The notes under the pieces were generated by a model, which was not told the origin of the DNA, made no database searches, and saw nothing but the letters and a program-made list of their open reading frames with translations. 64,000 nucleotides of DNA from Phoronis australis. Taxonomy: Eukaryota; Animalia; Phoronida. The translations under genes were made by a program, and so were the position numbers. Position 1 is the stretch's first letter. Each line of letters begins with the position of its first letter. This document shows positions 27,701 to 40,900 of the stretch, in pieces. The stretch covers positions 410,576-474,575 of the forward strand of contig NMRA01000082.1 of NCBI GenBank assembly GCA_002633005.1. Direction: 5' to 3'.

Positions 27701-30700
27701 ATCTGCTAGACTACTTACAACATTAGATTGATTCCTAGCCCCTTGGAAGCATCACGCCTCCTTCAAAGGCAAAATGGTACTAAAGATTGGCGGGAACTCT
27801 CGTCTCTTGCCTTCTCACGAGATCTCGTCTGGTTAACAAACTCTCATCAAAATTGGACGACACTTTGACGCGAGATCCACCTTGTTCATTAAGATGACGG
27901 TTCCCGCCAATCTTTTGAATGGATCAACAATCACATTTTATTATTTTTATCTTTCGCTACAAATTTCCAGTCATTTAGTGGACGGCGGTTCAGGCGTGAT
28001 CCGCTTCTGGTCGGATGGCAACAAATTAATAAGTCATGTCATGACCACGTATGTACTTTCTTACACTAGGTTTCGGCAAAGAACTCTTCCAGCCGGACGT
28101 TGACCGTATCTATGACCATTTGGAGAAGGCTATGGAATTGGTTCCCTGTCTAAGTGACGCCAGCATTCAAACAGTAGTGTCCGGGCCCATTACCTATTCT
28201 GTCGACGCTTTGCCTACGCTCGGACCCATGTGGGACCGCCACAACTATTGGCTAGCCGTCGGCACTGGGTAACTATTTACTGTGAATGAATTAACTATTC
28301 TGTGGGTGTCTTCCTTTATGGTCCATCAGGCTTATGGTCGAAGGGAGATTCATGTGGTTCCGACCCAACTCTCAAAGACGTCCATACATTGATTGACGTC
28401 GAAAGACAAACTAAAGCCGATATAATGCATGGTTGACCTCGGCGAAGGGAGATTGGAAGTATTGGGCAGCAACTCAACATCTAGGGTATTCTAACTTGAA
28501 AGTAATGTTTGCTGTTGGGAGCAATTTGAGTAAAGCGTTGGTGACATAAAGGGCGACTAGAGGCATTTAATATTGCATGGCGGCGAAAGAACGTCGCGCA
28601 TGACCCGGAACAGCCCGGGAACACTTTCTCGGAGAGTCCATTGGGTTTTGTTCTTTGGCAAAAATCAGTCTACAAATGGCCTAACCTGTTTCATGAAAAC
28701 CGGCAAAGGCTGAGAGTCAGAAAATCTGTTTACAACAGAAAGTCAAAAGGTAAAAATAATCCCTAGTCTGCTAAACAGAAGACAAAACGTTTCGAGAAAC
28801 GCAACAGACAAAAACCAACAACTTTTGATTATTTGTAGTCATATTTCTGACTTTTAGCTAAAGTCAGAAGACAAAGGCCTGTAGTTTTTTTTTCGGGAAC
28901 AGGCCCTAGCAGACGTCCGTGTAATTTATCTTTAATTTATGTCCCCGTTTTAATGGAAAACAACGTTTCCATGTGGGCACCACAGCATAACATTTACAAC
29001 GTTAGTGACATGAACACTTCGTCGGACAGACATCGAATGATTAACTGACAGCGTCGGTTTCACGTACGCCTTTATTTTAGGTACGGGATCGCCCATGGCG
29101 GTGGATGCGGCAAGTACTTGTCCGACTGGATAATGAACGGAGAACCAACCTACGCCTTGATAGAGACCGACCCTGGTCGAAGTGGTGACTGGTGCCACAT
29201 GTGAGTAGTTACATGTGTATATTTAATGTCTCTGTTTTGGAAGATATTAAACATCTCGTCGACTAGTAAAATCACCGAAAAGCTATATAGATTAACACAT
29301 TTTTGAACGGCGATTCGCTCTTTTAAGAACAATGTTTTTTCATCATCCATTATCAGCTAGAATGTTAGTGACAATTTGCTATATCTCATTGGTTAGTGAT
29401 CTCTGCCAAACTTTCAAATATTAACTAAAGGTGGCACTACGTCAAGGAATCATTGATTTTGGTGAAACTAGCAGAAGACAACTTTCGATACAATACGAGA
29501 AACATTTTAGTACTTTGGGACGGACTAATGGTGACCTCCAGAGCAGGTTCACTTTTGGAAGAGATTAGGTCACTCAAGTCAGCCCAAAATCGACTGAACT
29601 GTAGTCAATGTCTCATGTTGATGGATGTAGAAATGTGTTGGGCTTTCTAAGTGCGCTTCGTCTGGCTGCGTTTATTTTGGGTNGGGGGGGGGGGGGGTGG
29701 TCCTCGAACTGATTGACAAGTCACTTCAAATTTGACTTATTATTCGGGGACAAGTTCCTTGACGCAGGATACGTGGGAGGCATTTGCAGCGAAAAATTGT
29801 TGGGTTCCAAAAGGTAAGCTATTGTTGGAAGAGCCCCCAGGGCTAAGACGTCTAAGACAAGAGCCTTTTAGGCCAATTCTTTTTTTCTTTCAGAGATTAT
29901 GCACTGAAGAAAACGCGCGAGACCTACGCCAAAAACAACATGGTAGGTTTCCCCAAAGAAGAGAGGTGGGCGGGTAGACCCACCGCTCGCGTGAGTGGGG
30001 TCTACCAGAAGCTAAAGGACGGTGGTGCTGAATATGGATTCCACGCAGGTTCGTAACATCAGGAAAATCATGTAATACTATTCTTGAGATGTGGGTGTCA
30101 GAACTTGTTCTCTGATACAGTGCTGTACGTCAATTTCAAAAAGCAACGCGATTGCATTTTATGTGCAGATGTGGAATTAGTGGTACAGTTATTCAACAGT
30201 GTATCACCACCTAAAACCTGTCACCTTGTGTGCGTGTTGCAATAAAGTTAACGATGATTATTTAGTTCATTTTTGCGAAATTGGTTTATTTTGTTTCATC
30301 CACGTGTCAGGTGACCTCAAGATCTGAGTTTTCTGGACGCTGACGCCTATAAGGCTGTTGGAGGAGAAAGGCTGCATGGGCGCTGTTGTAACGCAACTGC
30401 ATAAAGTTAAAGTGGGAATAAGCCCGCTGTCATAGTTGTTACCACATTTTATTGAAACATTCAAAAACGTGGTCCCATAGACTGAATTGTCAGGAACTAC
30501 TAAATACAGTGACATCTATCGGGCAACATACATAACATCCGCCTTCCACCACACTAAACCAACTGATGGTTTAGACCACGTACTTTTGTGAATGGCATCA
30601 AATTATTTCTTAGTCAAGGTGGAGGCGACATCATGTGTTCTTCTTTCAGACCAGGATCTACAAGTTGGCTTATCACGGCAGGTTACTAACGAGTTATAAC

Positions 30701-33700
30701 GAGCTGCCACTTCTTTGTGAACTCAGAGATCGCTTTTCATCTCAAAAAGAACAATTTGAGACCAATTTTCTAGCAGCATTAAAATCTCGTTTCTTGGATA
30801 GAATGTGTATTATAGCTGCTTTAAATACAACGTACGCGCACGTGATACAGTGAATGCCCGGATGATCATTCAAATACATGTACACGGGACACTGCGTTCA
30901 GGGATTTGGAGTATTTTTACACGGAGTTCACATTGCTTTTAGTCCTTGGGGATTCAGTCAAAGGTTTTTGAGTGGCATCAAGGTTTTCCAATCTAGGCAG
31001 CTTGTCGCCCTCTCTAGAGTGTCATTGCCAGTACCAGAGGCTAGCTGGTAAACACATCCATAATCGTCTCTACCTTTAGGGTGGGAACAGCCGACATGGT
31101 TTGCACAGGACGGAGACGACGGTGGTTACAAACCCAGTTATCGTCGTACGAACTGGTTCGAACCGGTGGGGCGCGAGTGCAGGATGGTTTTGGAAAAGGG
31201 AGGAGTCATCGACCTTACTCCGTTTGGAAAATTCAATGTTAAAGGAAAAGACGCGACAGCGTATATGGATCATATTGTCGCCAATAAACTACCAGAGGTA
31301 ACGACATATCCATGCACTGTGTGATAAAAGTAATTCAATAATAGAAATGACTGAATTCGACAAAAATCTGCAAATGTCACAAAATCAAAGATAGAAAAAA
31401 TTGGTCAAATCCGTTCATCGAGATTTTTCGTCATAGACTATGTCGCTTAAAACTGTGAGTTGGAGAAGCGACTGTTGCGAACTAACAGGCTTGGAAGAGC
31501 AATACAAGGACGCACTCGTTAGCTACGATCTGTGGGGTTTGAACTTGGTGGCGACAACAACGGATGATCGAGAGTCTCGGAGATTTCAAGTCATGATTTC
31601 TGATAAATATTCTTTTGCGACAGTTGCTGACGTCACTCACGTAATTTTCTGTGCAGTACTCCCCTTAGGGCCTATAGACCCACCTACAATAGGAGAGTAA
31701 CAATTTTTGCGCATTTTATTTTAGATAAATACCACAAACATTAGTCACATGCTAACTCCAACCGGAAAAGTGTACGCTGAGCTAACAGTGACGCGGCTAC
31801 CCGAAGATGAATATTTCTGCGTGACGGGTTCAGGCTCCGAGTTCCACGACTACAGGTAATTCTCCGCTTTCTCGCCACTTGTTATGGACCTCGCGAGTTC
31901 CTTTACGCAAGCCTAGAAAGAGAAACTCCGGGAAATATGTTGAAAAATATGTAATGCTTTGTTGGAAATCTGTAAAGAGTCATCTTTTTGATATTGTTAG
32001 TGGACATGTTGTTGCCACCCCCAATGAGAGTGGCAGAAACTGTCTCGTTCGCGCTATTGGTCATCCAACTCAAGTTGAGTTTCGTGATTTGTTTCGTAGC
32101 TTCCGGAACACAGTTATCCCGTTAGCTTTTTGAGGTCAAATTTCCTTCATTCCCGGTTCCTACGCACTGAAGTCATTTGGAAAAAAGTCCCAAAAATAAC
32201 CCGTTTGCCATAGGCTTCCCACGGGAAACTATGGTGCAAGCTCGTCGCATTGGCGACTTGTATTGTTATATCCAACAAAGACACATCAAAAGAAAGCAAT
32301 GGTAGCGCTCCATAGGCGATAACCATGCGACGGGCGTAAACAACACCTTGCAACCTCCATACGACGTCATTTGGCTAAAAATTAAGTTCTTCATTTTGAT
32401 GTTTGTCTTTGACTATGTTGTTGAGGTTGAAATCGATTTCTTTTGAGGTGGTTGCAAACACAAGCCAGGGAAAAGAACTTCGACGTCACGATAGAGAGAG
32501 TAACAGACGACATAGCTTGCCTCGGTATTGCAGGACCCAAATCACGTGATGTCATGACAAGCCTGACAACCGAGAGCATGTCAAACGAGGACTTCCGGTT
32601 CTTGCAAGCGAAACAAATAACTGTTGGTGGAGTGGCAACCACTGCCATACGTATATCATATACAGGTGAAATAAAATCATAAAACAAGATTTTAAACTTA
32701 AACACGTGTTTAATCAGAAGCTGGCATGGGAACGCAAAGACATCTCTTGCATTTTGCTGACTATTTCTCTATTAAAATAAAAAAGCTTTGGATAAATTTT
32801 GAAATAAAGAATTCCGATGAACTAGAGGCTTGGAATCTAGCTGATTTAAACCCTTTTTTCACTTTGTAACTAAGAATTTGTATTTTCAAAAGGTGAATTG
32901 GGTTGGGAGCTGTATCACAAGCCGTCCGATACTGAGGCGCTGTATGACGCTCTAATGTCATCTGGTAAAGAACATGGCGTGGGAAACTTCGGCACATACG
33001 CACTAAACTCCCTTAGGCTGGAGAAAGGATTCCGAGCCTGGGGACAAGAGGTAGGACTAGGACGAGCTCTGTGGAATACGGTTTTTGCGAGAAAAGCGTG
33101 ATCACGCAAGTCTTCGCGAGAGATCGCTATGCACTAAAAGCGAAACACTTGGCCACAGTAGCGGGAGTCTTGCGTCTAAGGAAAACGCCTCTGGTTTGAT
33201 TTGTTGATCAAAGTGTAACCCTGTATTCTGTAACTCAACTTCTACAACATCGCCGTCTCATTTACTGTAAACGAAATCGACTGGTGGTTTCAATATATAT
33301 TGTTAATGTATTCCATCTCAAATCTAATTAAGTATAATGGCTTGGTCTACTCTTTTGTGCCCGTTCTGATGCTTGATTGTTATTGTCATTGTCTTTAATT
33401 TGGCAGTAACCTAGTATTAAATTACTAGATTGTATGCCTTGCCACTTCACTTTACTACAAGCCAAATTGGTAGATAGAAGATCATAAAGTTTTGAGCACA
33501 ATCTGATGATACGTAATCAACGTACTTCTTTGCAGATGAATGTAGACACAAACCCGCTCGAGGCAGGATTGGGAATGTTTGTTAAGTTAAAGAAGGTAGG
33601 CGGATTTGCTTTCTATGGAAGTAGTTCTGACATCATCGTAATGACTCGCAAATGCCATAGACTGATGTGTAGAAATATAGGCGGATCCAGGGGCATTAAA

Positions 33701-35352
33701 GGAGTCTGCACCCCCCTTTGTTCCCTTGATTTTAGAGATATCAAATCTAGAATTTTCAAATTGTTGACACCCCTGGAAAAGGTAACCTGGAAGTTCACGT
33801 AGAAGTAGATTCTGAGCTAAAAAATTGCTAAAATTCGATAGGTTTAGGAGGCATGTACGTTTTTTGAACTTTGTGGAAAACAGACCTTTGGCAGTGGCAA
33901 CCGTTAGGTGAATTGTGTTTTACATTACGTTTATGGTGCAACAGTAGGGTATACATATTTAATGAATTGTGCATGTATGTACAACTTGAGAGCGATGAAA
34001 CATCCGATGAAAACAAGTTTTAGATCATAAATCAACCAATGCGCTACGCGTAAATAACCAACGCGTCTTCAAAGTCAGAACCTGTGTTTTAAATTCCCCT
34101 TTTCATCCGATTGCAAATCTCGTATGCCTACAGACGGTCATCGTATAACAGCGCAAAGTATATAAGCTCATAATTGTTCAAGGCCTCGTATTCACTCGAC
34201 TTCCCTCGTGTTTGTAGAAACGTACCAAGTTGTATGTACTTGATGCCACCGGAAATTGACGAACATGCCGCCTGTGTGGGTGTATAGACACATGTTCCTC
34301 TACCCGCAACATTGCGCTTATTTTTCAAGTTTATCGCGCAGTAGGGCATGCCCCTGAGCTTCACGTGCAGGCTCAGGATGGTGTCTCTTAAAAATACGCA
34401 TGTCTGAAACTGGAGTTTTTGTGTGTTTTATTTCCACGTCGCCTAGTTGTTTAGTAATTACTTAAATACTACTTGAATACTCGTCAACGTCAAGGGTTTG
34501 ATATGGGAATGTTTAGCACGACGTTTTGAACCCAGTGTGACGGCATTGTCTATTCATATTTCCGGGTTCAAATTGCGTCATCTACTTCCATGACACGTCA
34601 TCCCTAAACATCCGAATTTTTAAAAACTTACTCCTTGGATTTACAAATGTGAATTACGTCCGAGCCTTGGCATGCACCTAAATTCGCTAATCAGTAGATG
34701 CATAGGCATAAATACGCATGGGCATGAATGCGAGCATGTAAGGCAGCGTATTGTAGTGAATTATGGGTGAACTGGGAAAGTTTAAGATCTAAGTGCAATA
34801 TTTTATCTTTCAGGAAGCCGATTTCATTGGAAAAACAGCTCTGCAGAAAATCAAGGCTGAAGGACTGAAGCGTCGCCTCGCTTACATGACGGTAGACACC
34901 ACTGATGTGGATTGTGAAGGCAACGAGACAATATGGTTCGAGGACAAGGTTAGTGTCGTTTTTTTGAACTCAAATCTTCGTTTACTTATTTTCAAAACAG
35001 ATGTCCAACTTTCTGTCGCGTATATAAGCAGATGTTTGCCCCAAAAGCATTGAAAAAATCCTCTCAGGCCAACTCTATGAACACATCTAAATTTTTATCT
35101 TTTAAAAAGGTTTTTAATATGGCGCTGTGTTTCTCATGTTCACAAATAATTTTATAGGTAGTGGGCAACACAACCTCGGGAGCGTATGGATACCAAATTA
35201 ACAAGAGTGTGTGCTTCGGTTACTTGCCCATGGAACTACAAGCGCCTGGCACTCAAGTTCAGGTAGAATTAGTGGGAGAACGTCACATGGCCACCGTTCT
35301 GAAAGGACCACCGGTAATGATCGAATCTATGCGAAAGACGGGGAAGGTTTGA
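21752..35352 (+). CDS. DMGDH: Dimethylglycine dehydrogenase, mitochondrial precursor, 16 coding exons, 854 aa
   Basis: Exons: 21752-21849, 23879-24038, 24436-24534, 25409-25573, 26289-26493, 26865-27113, 28070-28268, 29081-29200, 29894-30048, 31080-31297, 31725-31855, 32448-32665, 32893-33050, 33536-33595, 34814-34948, 35158-35352. Total 2565 nt with consistent phases. Arg/Leu/Ser-rich presequence [15 protein letters not shown]; FAD motif VIIGGGIMG; flavinylation site GSTWHAAG; [17 protein letters not shown] matches DMGDH rather than SARDH; GcvT-type folate domain [14 protein letters not shown] and [12 protein letters not shown]. Confidence 0.95.
24225..24332 (+). repeat. Purine-rich (GA/GGGA) low-complexity tract in DMGDH intron 2
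   Basis: Near-pure G/A run with multiple GG/GGG blocks. Confidence 0.75.
27260..27410 (+). mobile_element. ~150-bp MITE with AGGGGCGGAT...ATCCGCCACT termini (PIF/Harbinger-like)
   Basis: Terminal inverted repeats; a second copy in reverse orientation lies at 51805-51957. Confidence 0.7.
28680..28906. mobile_element. Degenerate foldback MITE (GGGCCTGTTC-like termini) in DMGDH intron 7
   Basis: cctgtttcatgaaaa / ttttcgggaacaggccc, and gctgagagtcagaaaat..tacaa..tcaaaag is inverted relative to cttttgattatttgtagtcatatttctgacttttagc. Confidence 0.5.
33677..33790 (+). mobile_element. Partial related GGCGGATCCAG MITE (5' end) in DMGDH intron 14
   Basis: Starts ataggcggatccagggg, contains C-runs typical of the family; the matching right end atccgcctat is seen at 190-199. 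Confidence 0.45.
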
Positions 35353-36822
35353 AATAACGGTGAAAGGAGAACAAATACAAGACGCTGTTCCTGGATTGTG
35401 ACGGTTACAAAGATATGTCATGACCAACAACTGTGTGAACTTTATTGAACTGAAATTCGGTATAGATTGTAATGTCCTGATTAGCGTTACGTCCTCATTT
35501 CAATGATGCAATTTTCTGCACTGTATATTTGTGATGTATTGCCATGACCGACAATCCACGTACCGTTATATGTCGGACTATGCAAAAAGCTGCGATCTGT
35601 AGACACAAAAACCTTGCGAAAAAGCTAGACGGGTGCAAGTATGAACAAGATATCACCATGTATTACTGGCAAAGCACGTGGTCACACTTATAGCTTTACT
35701 CTTGAGTGTCTAGTGACAAGGGAAGTATACGAACGCTGCTTTGTGTCACCAGAAAAATGGCGATAAATCGTATAAGAATGTTGTAAGATGAAGACAAAGA
35801 AGAACTAAAGTCTCTTCGTGAAAGAAGGACGGGCGAGTTTTGTGCAGATTGTGCTCAAACTTCAAACTGTGATTCTACTGTATGCCAAACTAGTTAAGAG
35901 TCGTTTTATCTGAGGTCGTGCGACCAGTCGTACCTAAGACTATGTTATCGTACATTTTTTACCGACACACAGTTCCTTAAATTGGCCTATGACGACAGCC
36001 ATTTATTGTGCATACGTTCTACGTTAGGATTTGCTTTTTTGCTTTTTCCTCTTCAGCGTTAATTTTGCAATCACCCGCCTAAGTGCTACCAGACGTACGA
36101 CTATAGATAAAACGTGTCCTTGCAGTGCGAGGCTACTCTCTACTCTGTTTTATATCCATAAATGTATTTGTCATATGGGTTCGCTATTACATTGCGGTAT
36201 TTCGTCCGTACTTGGTTGTTTTAAATTCATTAGAAAGGCGACTTCTGTTGGAGTTAAACCTTTATCCTCGGTTGGGCCTAAAACGTTTTCTTGCACAGCC
36301 CGTCATTATTCTGTGTTCCCAACCACGAATCTTGTTTCTGTTTGATATGATATACGCTTTCAAGAGACACAGGCGAACAGAGGAGTTCTTAAGAGTGTAC
36401 ACCGCTTAAGAGTCAAACGGTGGTGTACCCCAGTCTAGAGTATTGCTTTCTCAAAGACGTTCACCACGCAACCGAGAGTGTCACTGTCGTGGTTGCCAGT
36501 CAAACTTATCCTTGACATTCAAATTTAACCCTGGACATATCTCTTACACAGATTGCCGCTAAATTAGTTTATATTCCTACGATGGAGTCGTTACTTAGGG
36601 TAAAAAATAGCATCATTGATTCTGGTCTGTGTCCGCCTTATTTGGAAATATGCGCTTCGTTTAAAGAAACAAGAAGGATGTTGATTCATTTTAGCAGGAA
36701 TTAAGTGATGCATGAAAAAAGGACCCTCTCCAATTTCAGCTGGAATGGTTTTCTTTTTGAAAATACGGAAAGCTGTAAAATACGCCAACCTTCAAGAACA
36801 CCACAGACCAGAACCAATTGCG

Positions 36823-37580
36823 CTATCTCCTTTGGCTATTTTTTGTGAATAATGTCATCCGTCTTTTTGGAGAATCAACAATGCGTGACAGTAATTGGTT
36901 TCCAATTTTGAACATTCCACATACTGTTAACGTTTTATCCTTGTGACTGTCGCTTGACCAAATTTCAAATGTTGGTTTACAACAGAAAACTCGATTTCTG
37001 TCATTCGGGAAATGGCGCTATTGTAACGTTAAACCGGCATGAGGCAAGTTCAAAAACATGAATTTCAAAATAAAAATTATTTATTGTCTCGAATACAAAA
37101 GTTACGCATTACATGAAAACTGCGAAATGGGACCAAATTCATGCAATGTAATAAAATATCACTACATAGTTGGCAATGAGAATGTGTCGACATGTTTTGA
37201 AATCAGAAGACTGAAAGAATTTATTCGGTCGTCACAATAAATATTATGTTAGGTATTCAAGGTAAGGATATTAGTGTATTTGTGCAAAAACGTAAACCAG
37301 AGTTAAGATCCTGATGAAAGCAAAACAAAAAAATCGTATTACAGTAAAAAATTAATGAGCAAAAATCTGTTGTTTCAAAAAGCGGTCTCCACTAAAACTA
37401 TTATTAAAATACCTTAATAATATAATAACATAATAATATACTGCGATAAATATAAAGGCCGCTAATCGTCATTTGGCCATATAAGTTTAATTCACATTCA
37501 GCTGTCTTTACGTAAACTTTTGGTCTCTTTGCACCTCTGAACCAAGTGGTCCCCACAGTACCTGACCTTGATGAAGAGGA
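36823..37580 (-). CDS. Probable 3' exons of the large uncharacterised gene (37580-37512 and 37017-36823)
   Basis: Strong acceptor TTTTTCTTTCAG, then a 69-nt phase-0 exon (SSSSRSGTVGTTWFRGAKRPKVY|gtaaag). A second acceptor TTACAATAG opens a 195-nt phase-0 open frame (RHFPNDRNRVFCC...NSQRR*). Both continue the frame of the big ORF. Confidence 0.45.
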
Positions 37581-37906
37581 CTGAAAGAAAAACAAATATT
37601 TTGAGAAATTACCAAGTATTATCGAAAAGTAATGTGAGAGATAAACCTACGTAGTGTATTACATAATTTTGTACAAGCTTTGATGTAGTCATTGATATTT
37701 ACAATTTTATGATTTTCGTTTTCTTAGCTTTTAGTATCCTTTACCTCATCCATCTGGTCTAGTACATAACACCTACAGTATGAGCTTCAGGTTACCATAG
37801 AAACATGGACAGAATTGAATGCAAACCATACAGTGGTTATGCTAGCAGGGTCTTAGGAGGATTGTGAACTTAAGACAGCCAATGCCTTGGCTTGTTGTAA
37901 TAAACA

Positions 37907-40900
37907 CTATAATAGTAACCCAAGTCCATGCTGTATAGGGAAGAAATAAACTTCTCTTACCATTTTGCTCCTCGCCATAGGTATCCGTGTTGGGTCGTCG
38001 GAAGAGTTGCGTTTCACTCCCTTGCCGTGCCGGGCGGTACTGTTCTGTACAATGGCGCTCGATAGTGTTGGACCCGCAGTATCTACACAACCCTTCCCAC
38101 GCTTTTTGGCCTTTTTGCCACCAAATTGGTCTGGACTTCGTCGCTTGCGTTTCCTGTCAGAAGTCATAGTCAGGACGTTTGCCATCACGTGGTTGTAGCT
38201 CATGTCTTCGTCCCCATATCGCCATCCCAGATGCATTGAAAGTCGATTAGTTTTTGCCCACTGGTTTTTACACAACTGTGTTTTAGTCTGACCAGCATCA
38301 CGTAGAAGTTCGCGTTTTGCAGGCTCAGAACTGGAGTTGCTCTGTTCACCATTCTGGCATAAGCTAAACACATCAACTTCAAGAGAAGGTTGAAGGTCAC
38401 AGTGGTCACTACCCAGACTCTCCTTGTCGCTGTTGGTATTGGTATTCAGCAGGGAATCAGCATTTGTCTGTTTAGCGTTGCTCACCTGTTTTTGTCTGGA
38501 TGACCCGGTTCGCTGTATTCTGCTGGCTTTCTGACTATCCTCTGGCTCAGTCCATGAGGTCTTAGGCAACGTTTTAAATAAGAAGCTGTCCACCCAATTA
38601 CAGAAGCCGATCAATTCGATGCCATGCTCGAAGTACATGCTGTGTTTAACCATAGAGACGGTATAGTCTATAGTGAGATTGATTTGCTTTTCTGCAAAAT
38701 ATTTTTTATCTTCGTCAGACCAGAAATCTCTGTTCCTGCCTGTCAATGATTTCGGCTGCTCCATCCTGTTTCCCCCTGGCCACAACTGACATGTGGACAC
38801 AAACTGAGAGGCACACAAGCCCTCTGCAACCGGTGTAACTTCGTGCAGTTCCATGTAACAGACTTTCATATCGCTCATTATGTTGAAACAACTGTACATC
38901 TTGGTGGCTATGGTTTCAACACTATCCACCGGTTTTGCATTCAATGCAGTGTCCATCCACTCCAGGTTAGGATGGTTACCCATATACACAAACAACCTTT
39001 TGTTGGCTCCTGCTTCTTTCAAGATACACAGGTTATGGTTGTTCACTGCAGCCAGTAGTCTGGGAGCGTCACACTCGGTGCCAGCTAGATTGAAGAACCA
39101 GAGGTGTTTGTTGTGTGCGGTGTTTGAACAGGGAGTTCGTTGTTGTCCAGGATTAGTATAGAGAGGGTCACACTTGTTCGAAGATCTATAACTTCTGTCA
39201 GTGTGTATTCGTTGTTGTTCATGACCGATACAGGGAGTATTACAAGTGCTTTGATTGTAATAACTTTTGACATGGGCGAGAGGGTCACCTGTGCTTCGAG
39301 ACGCATTACTTCTGCTATGGTTGAGTAGGTCACCTGTGTTTTTAGTCTGGTCACTTCTGCCACGGGGTTGAGGGTCTTCTGTGCTTTCAGTCTTAAGGCT
39401 ACGGTGGAGAGGGTCTCCTGTGACTTGAGACTTGCATTTCACGCCACGTGTGAGAGCGTCTTCTATGATTTGACTCTCATCTTTCATGCGATAGGGGATA
39501 GGGTCAGATATACCTTGAGTTTGATCACTCTTGTCACGGGGGAGAGAGTCATCGGGTCTTTGCGTCTCACCACTTTGATCACGGAGGTTTCGTTGCTGTT
39601 CTTGTCTAACATAGAGAAAGGCACCTGAGCGCTGAGTCTCATCACTTCTACCAAAGGAGAGAGTGTCACCTGTGGTTTGAGTGTTTCCGTCATGGGAAAG
39701 AAATTCACCTGTGCCTTGAATCTCAACATTTCCGCATTGGGGGAGAGAGTGACCGGTGCTTTGATACTCAATATTTTTGTGATGGGATAAACGCTCACCT
39801 GTGCTTTGGGAATTACCACTTCTGTCATTAGGGTGAGTGTTACATATGTGTTGAGCGCCAACGCTTCTGTTTCGTAGTTGTTCATGACCAATGCAGGCAG
39901 GGTCCCCTGTACTTCGATTGTTATCAGTTCTACCGTGGTTGTTCTGAGCAGACGTCAAGGAGTAGTTTATAGCTCTTTCAATATCGTTTGCGTTAAATTG
40001 CAAAATAGGCTGAGCATCAATTCCTCCGTTGATGGAAGAAACAACATCGTGATCTCGACTGCTCCTCTGAACATTCCCACAACTAATCGTTCTAAAGTCT
40101 GACACTACAGATGTCATCTGCCCACGTTTTCTTTCATGCAGATGATCTTTTACCTTCTTCAGCGCAATGAGCCTGTTCATCAACTGCTCCAGGGAAGGAA
40201 TAACAATCACAGACTTGTACAGATGTTTCTTAATGACTGCCCTCTGTTGCTCCGTGAGGGAACTAGACACAGCTAACTTTTCCAGTGTCTTCTTAGGCAG
40301 CTGTAAGATGTCGGATTTGGCCGAGAGTCCCAAACTGTTTTTTTCCGCCACAGTAAATAACGGCACATTGTTAGCAAAAGCCCAGGTCATTAATTTCACA
40401 GATTCAAGTCTAGTGTCATTCTTTCGTCTGGATGTTTTGTGTCGCATAGCAGGTATGACAACTCTGTCTTGTTGAGATGAATAGCCTTTCTCAACAGATG
40501 AACCCTGGCGGCTTTTGTTTGTGCCAACTAAAGTTGCAGCCGAAATATTCCTCTCAAAAGACGAACCATGGGTGGTTCTGCTTGTCACAACTAAACTTTT
40601 CAGTGGACACTCATTGTGTATAGAAGCTTTACATTTCAGTCCCGTATACGGGCATGGCTTTGCAAACTCATTGCCATCACTGGTGACCAGGGAAGCATGT
40701 TTCAGGGTTGCAACATTTTCCACACATCTTCTATGAGCATCACGTCTCTTCTCCACTGACAGCTGCATCAAACCGCTAGCCACAGCCTCCCCAACGATCC
40801 TACGACTGGCCTCGCTGATAATCGTGGTTCTCACTAAATTTTCAACACGTTGCTTGCCGATATTAGCGAGCCACTCATTGTGGGCATGCTCCACGCACTG

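Noticed and set aside
21752-35352. Alternative annotation as sarcosine dehydrogenase or PDPR
   Set aside because: The sequence after the flavinylated His ([16 protein letters not shown]), the exon sizes and the BHMT linkage fit DMGDH.
38690-38730. WSDEDKKYF resembling the first helix of a SANT/Myb domain
   Set aside because: The later conserved Trp/helix pattern of SANT/Myb is not evident.
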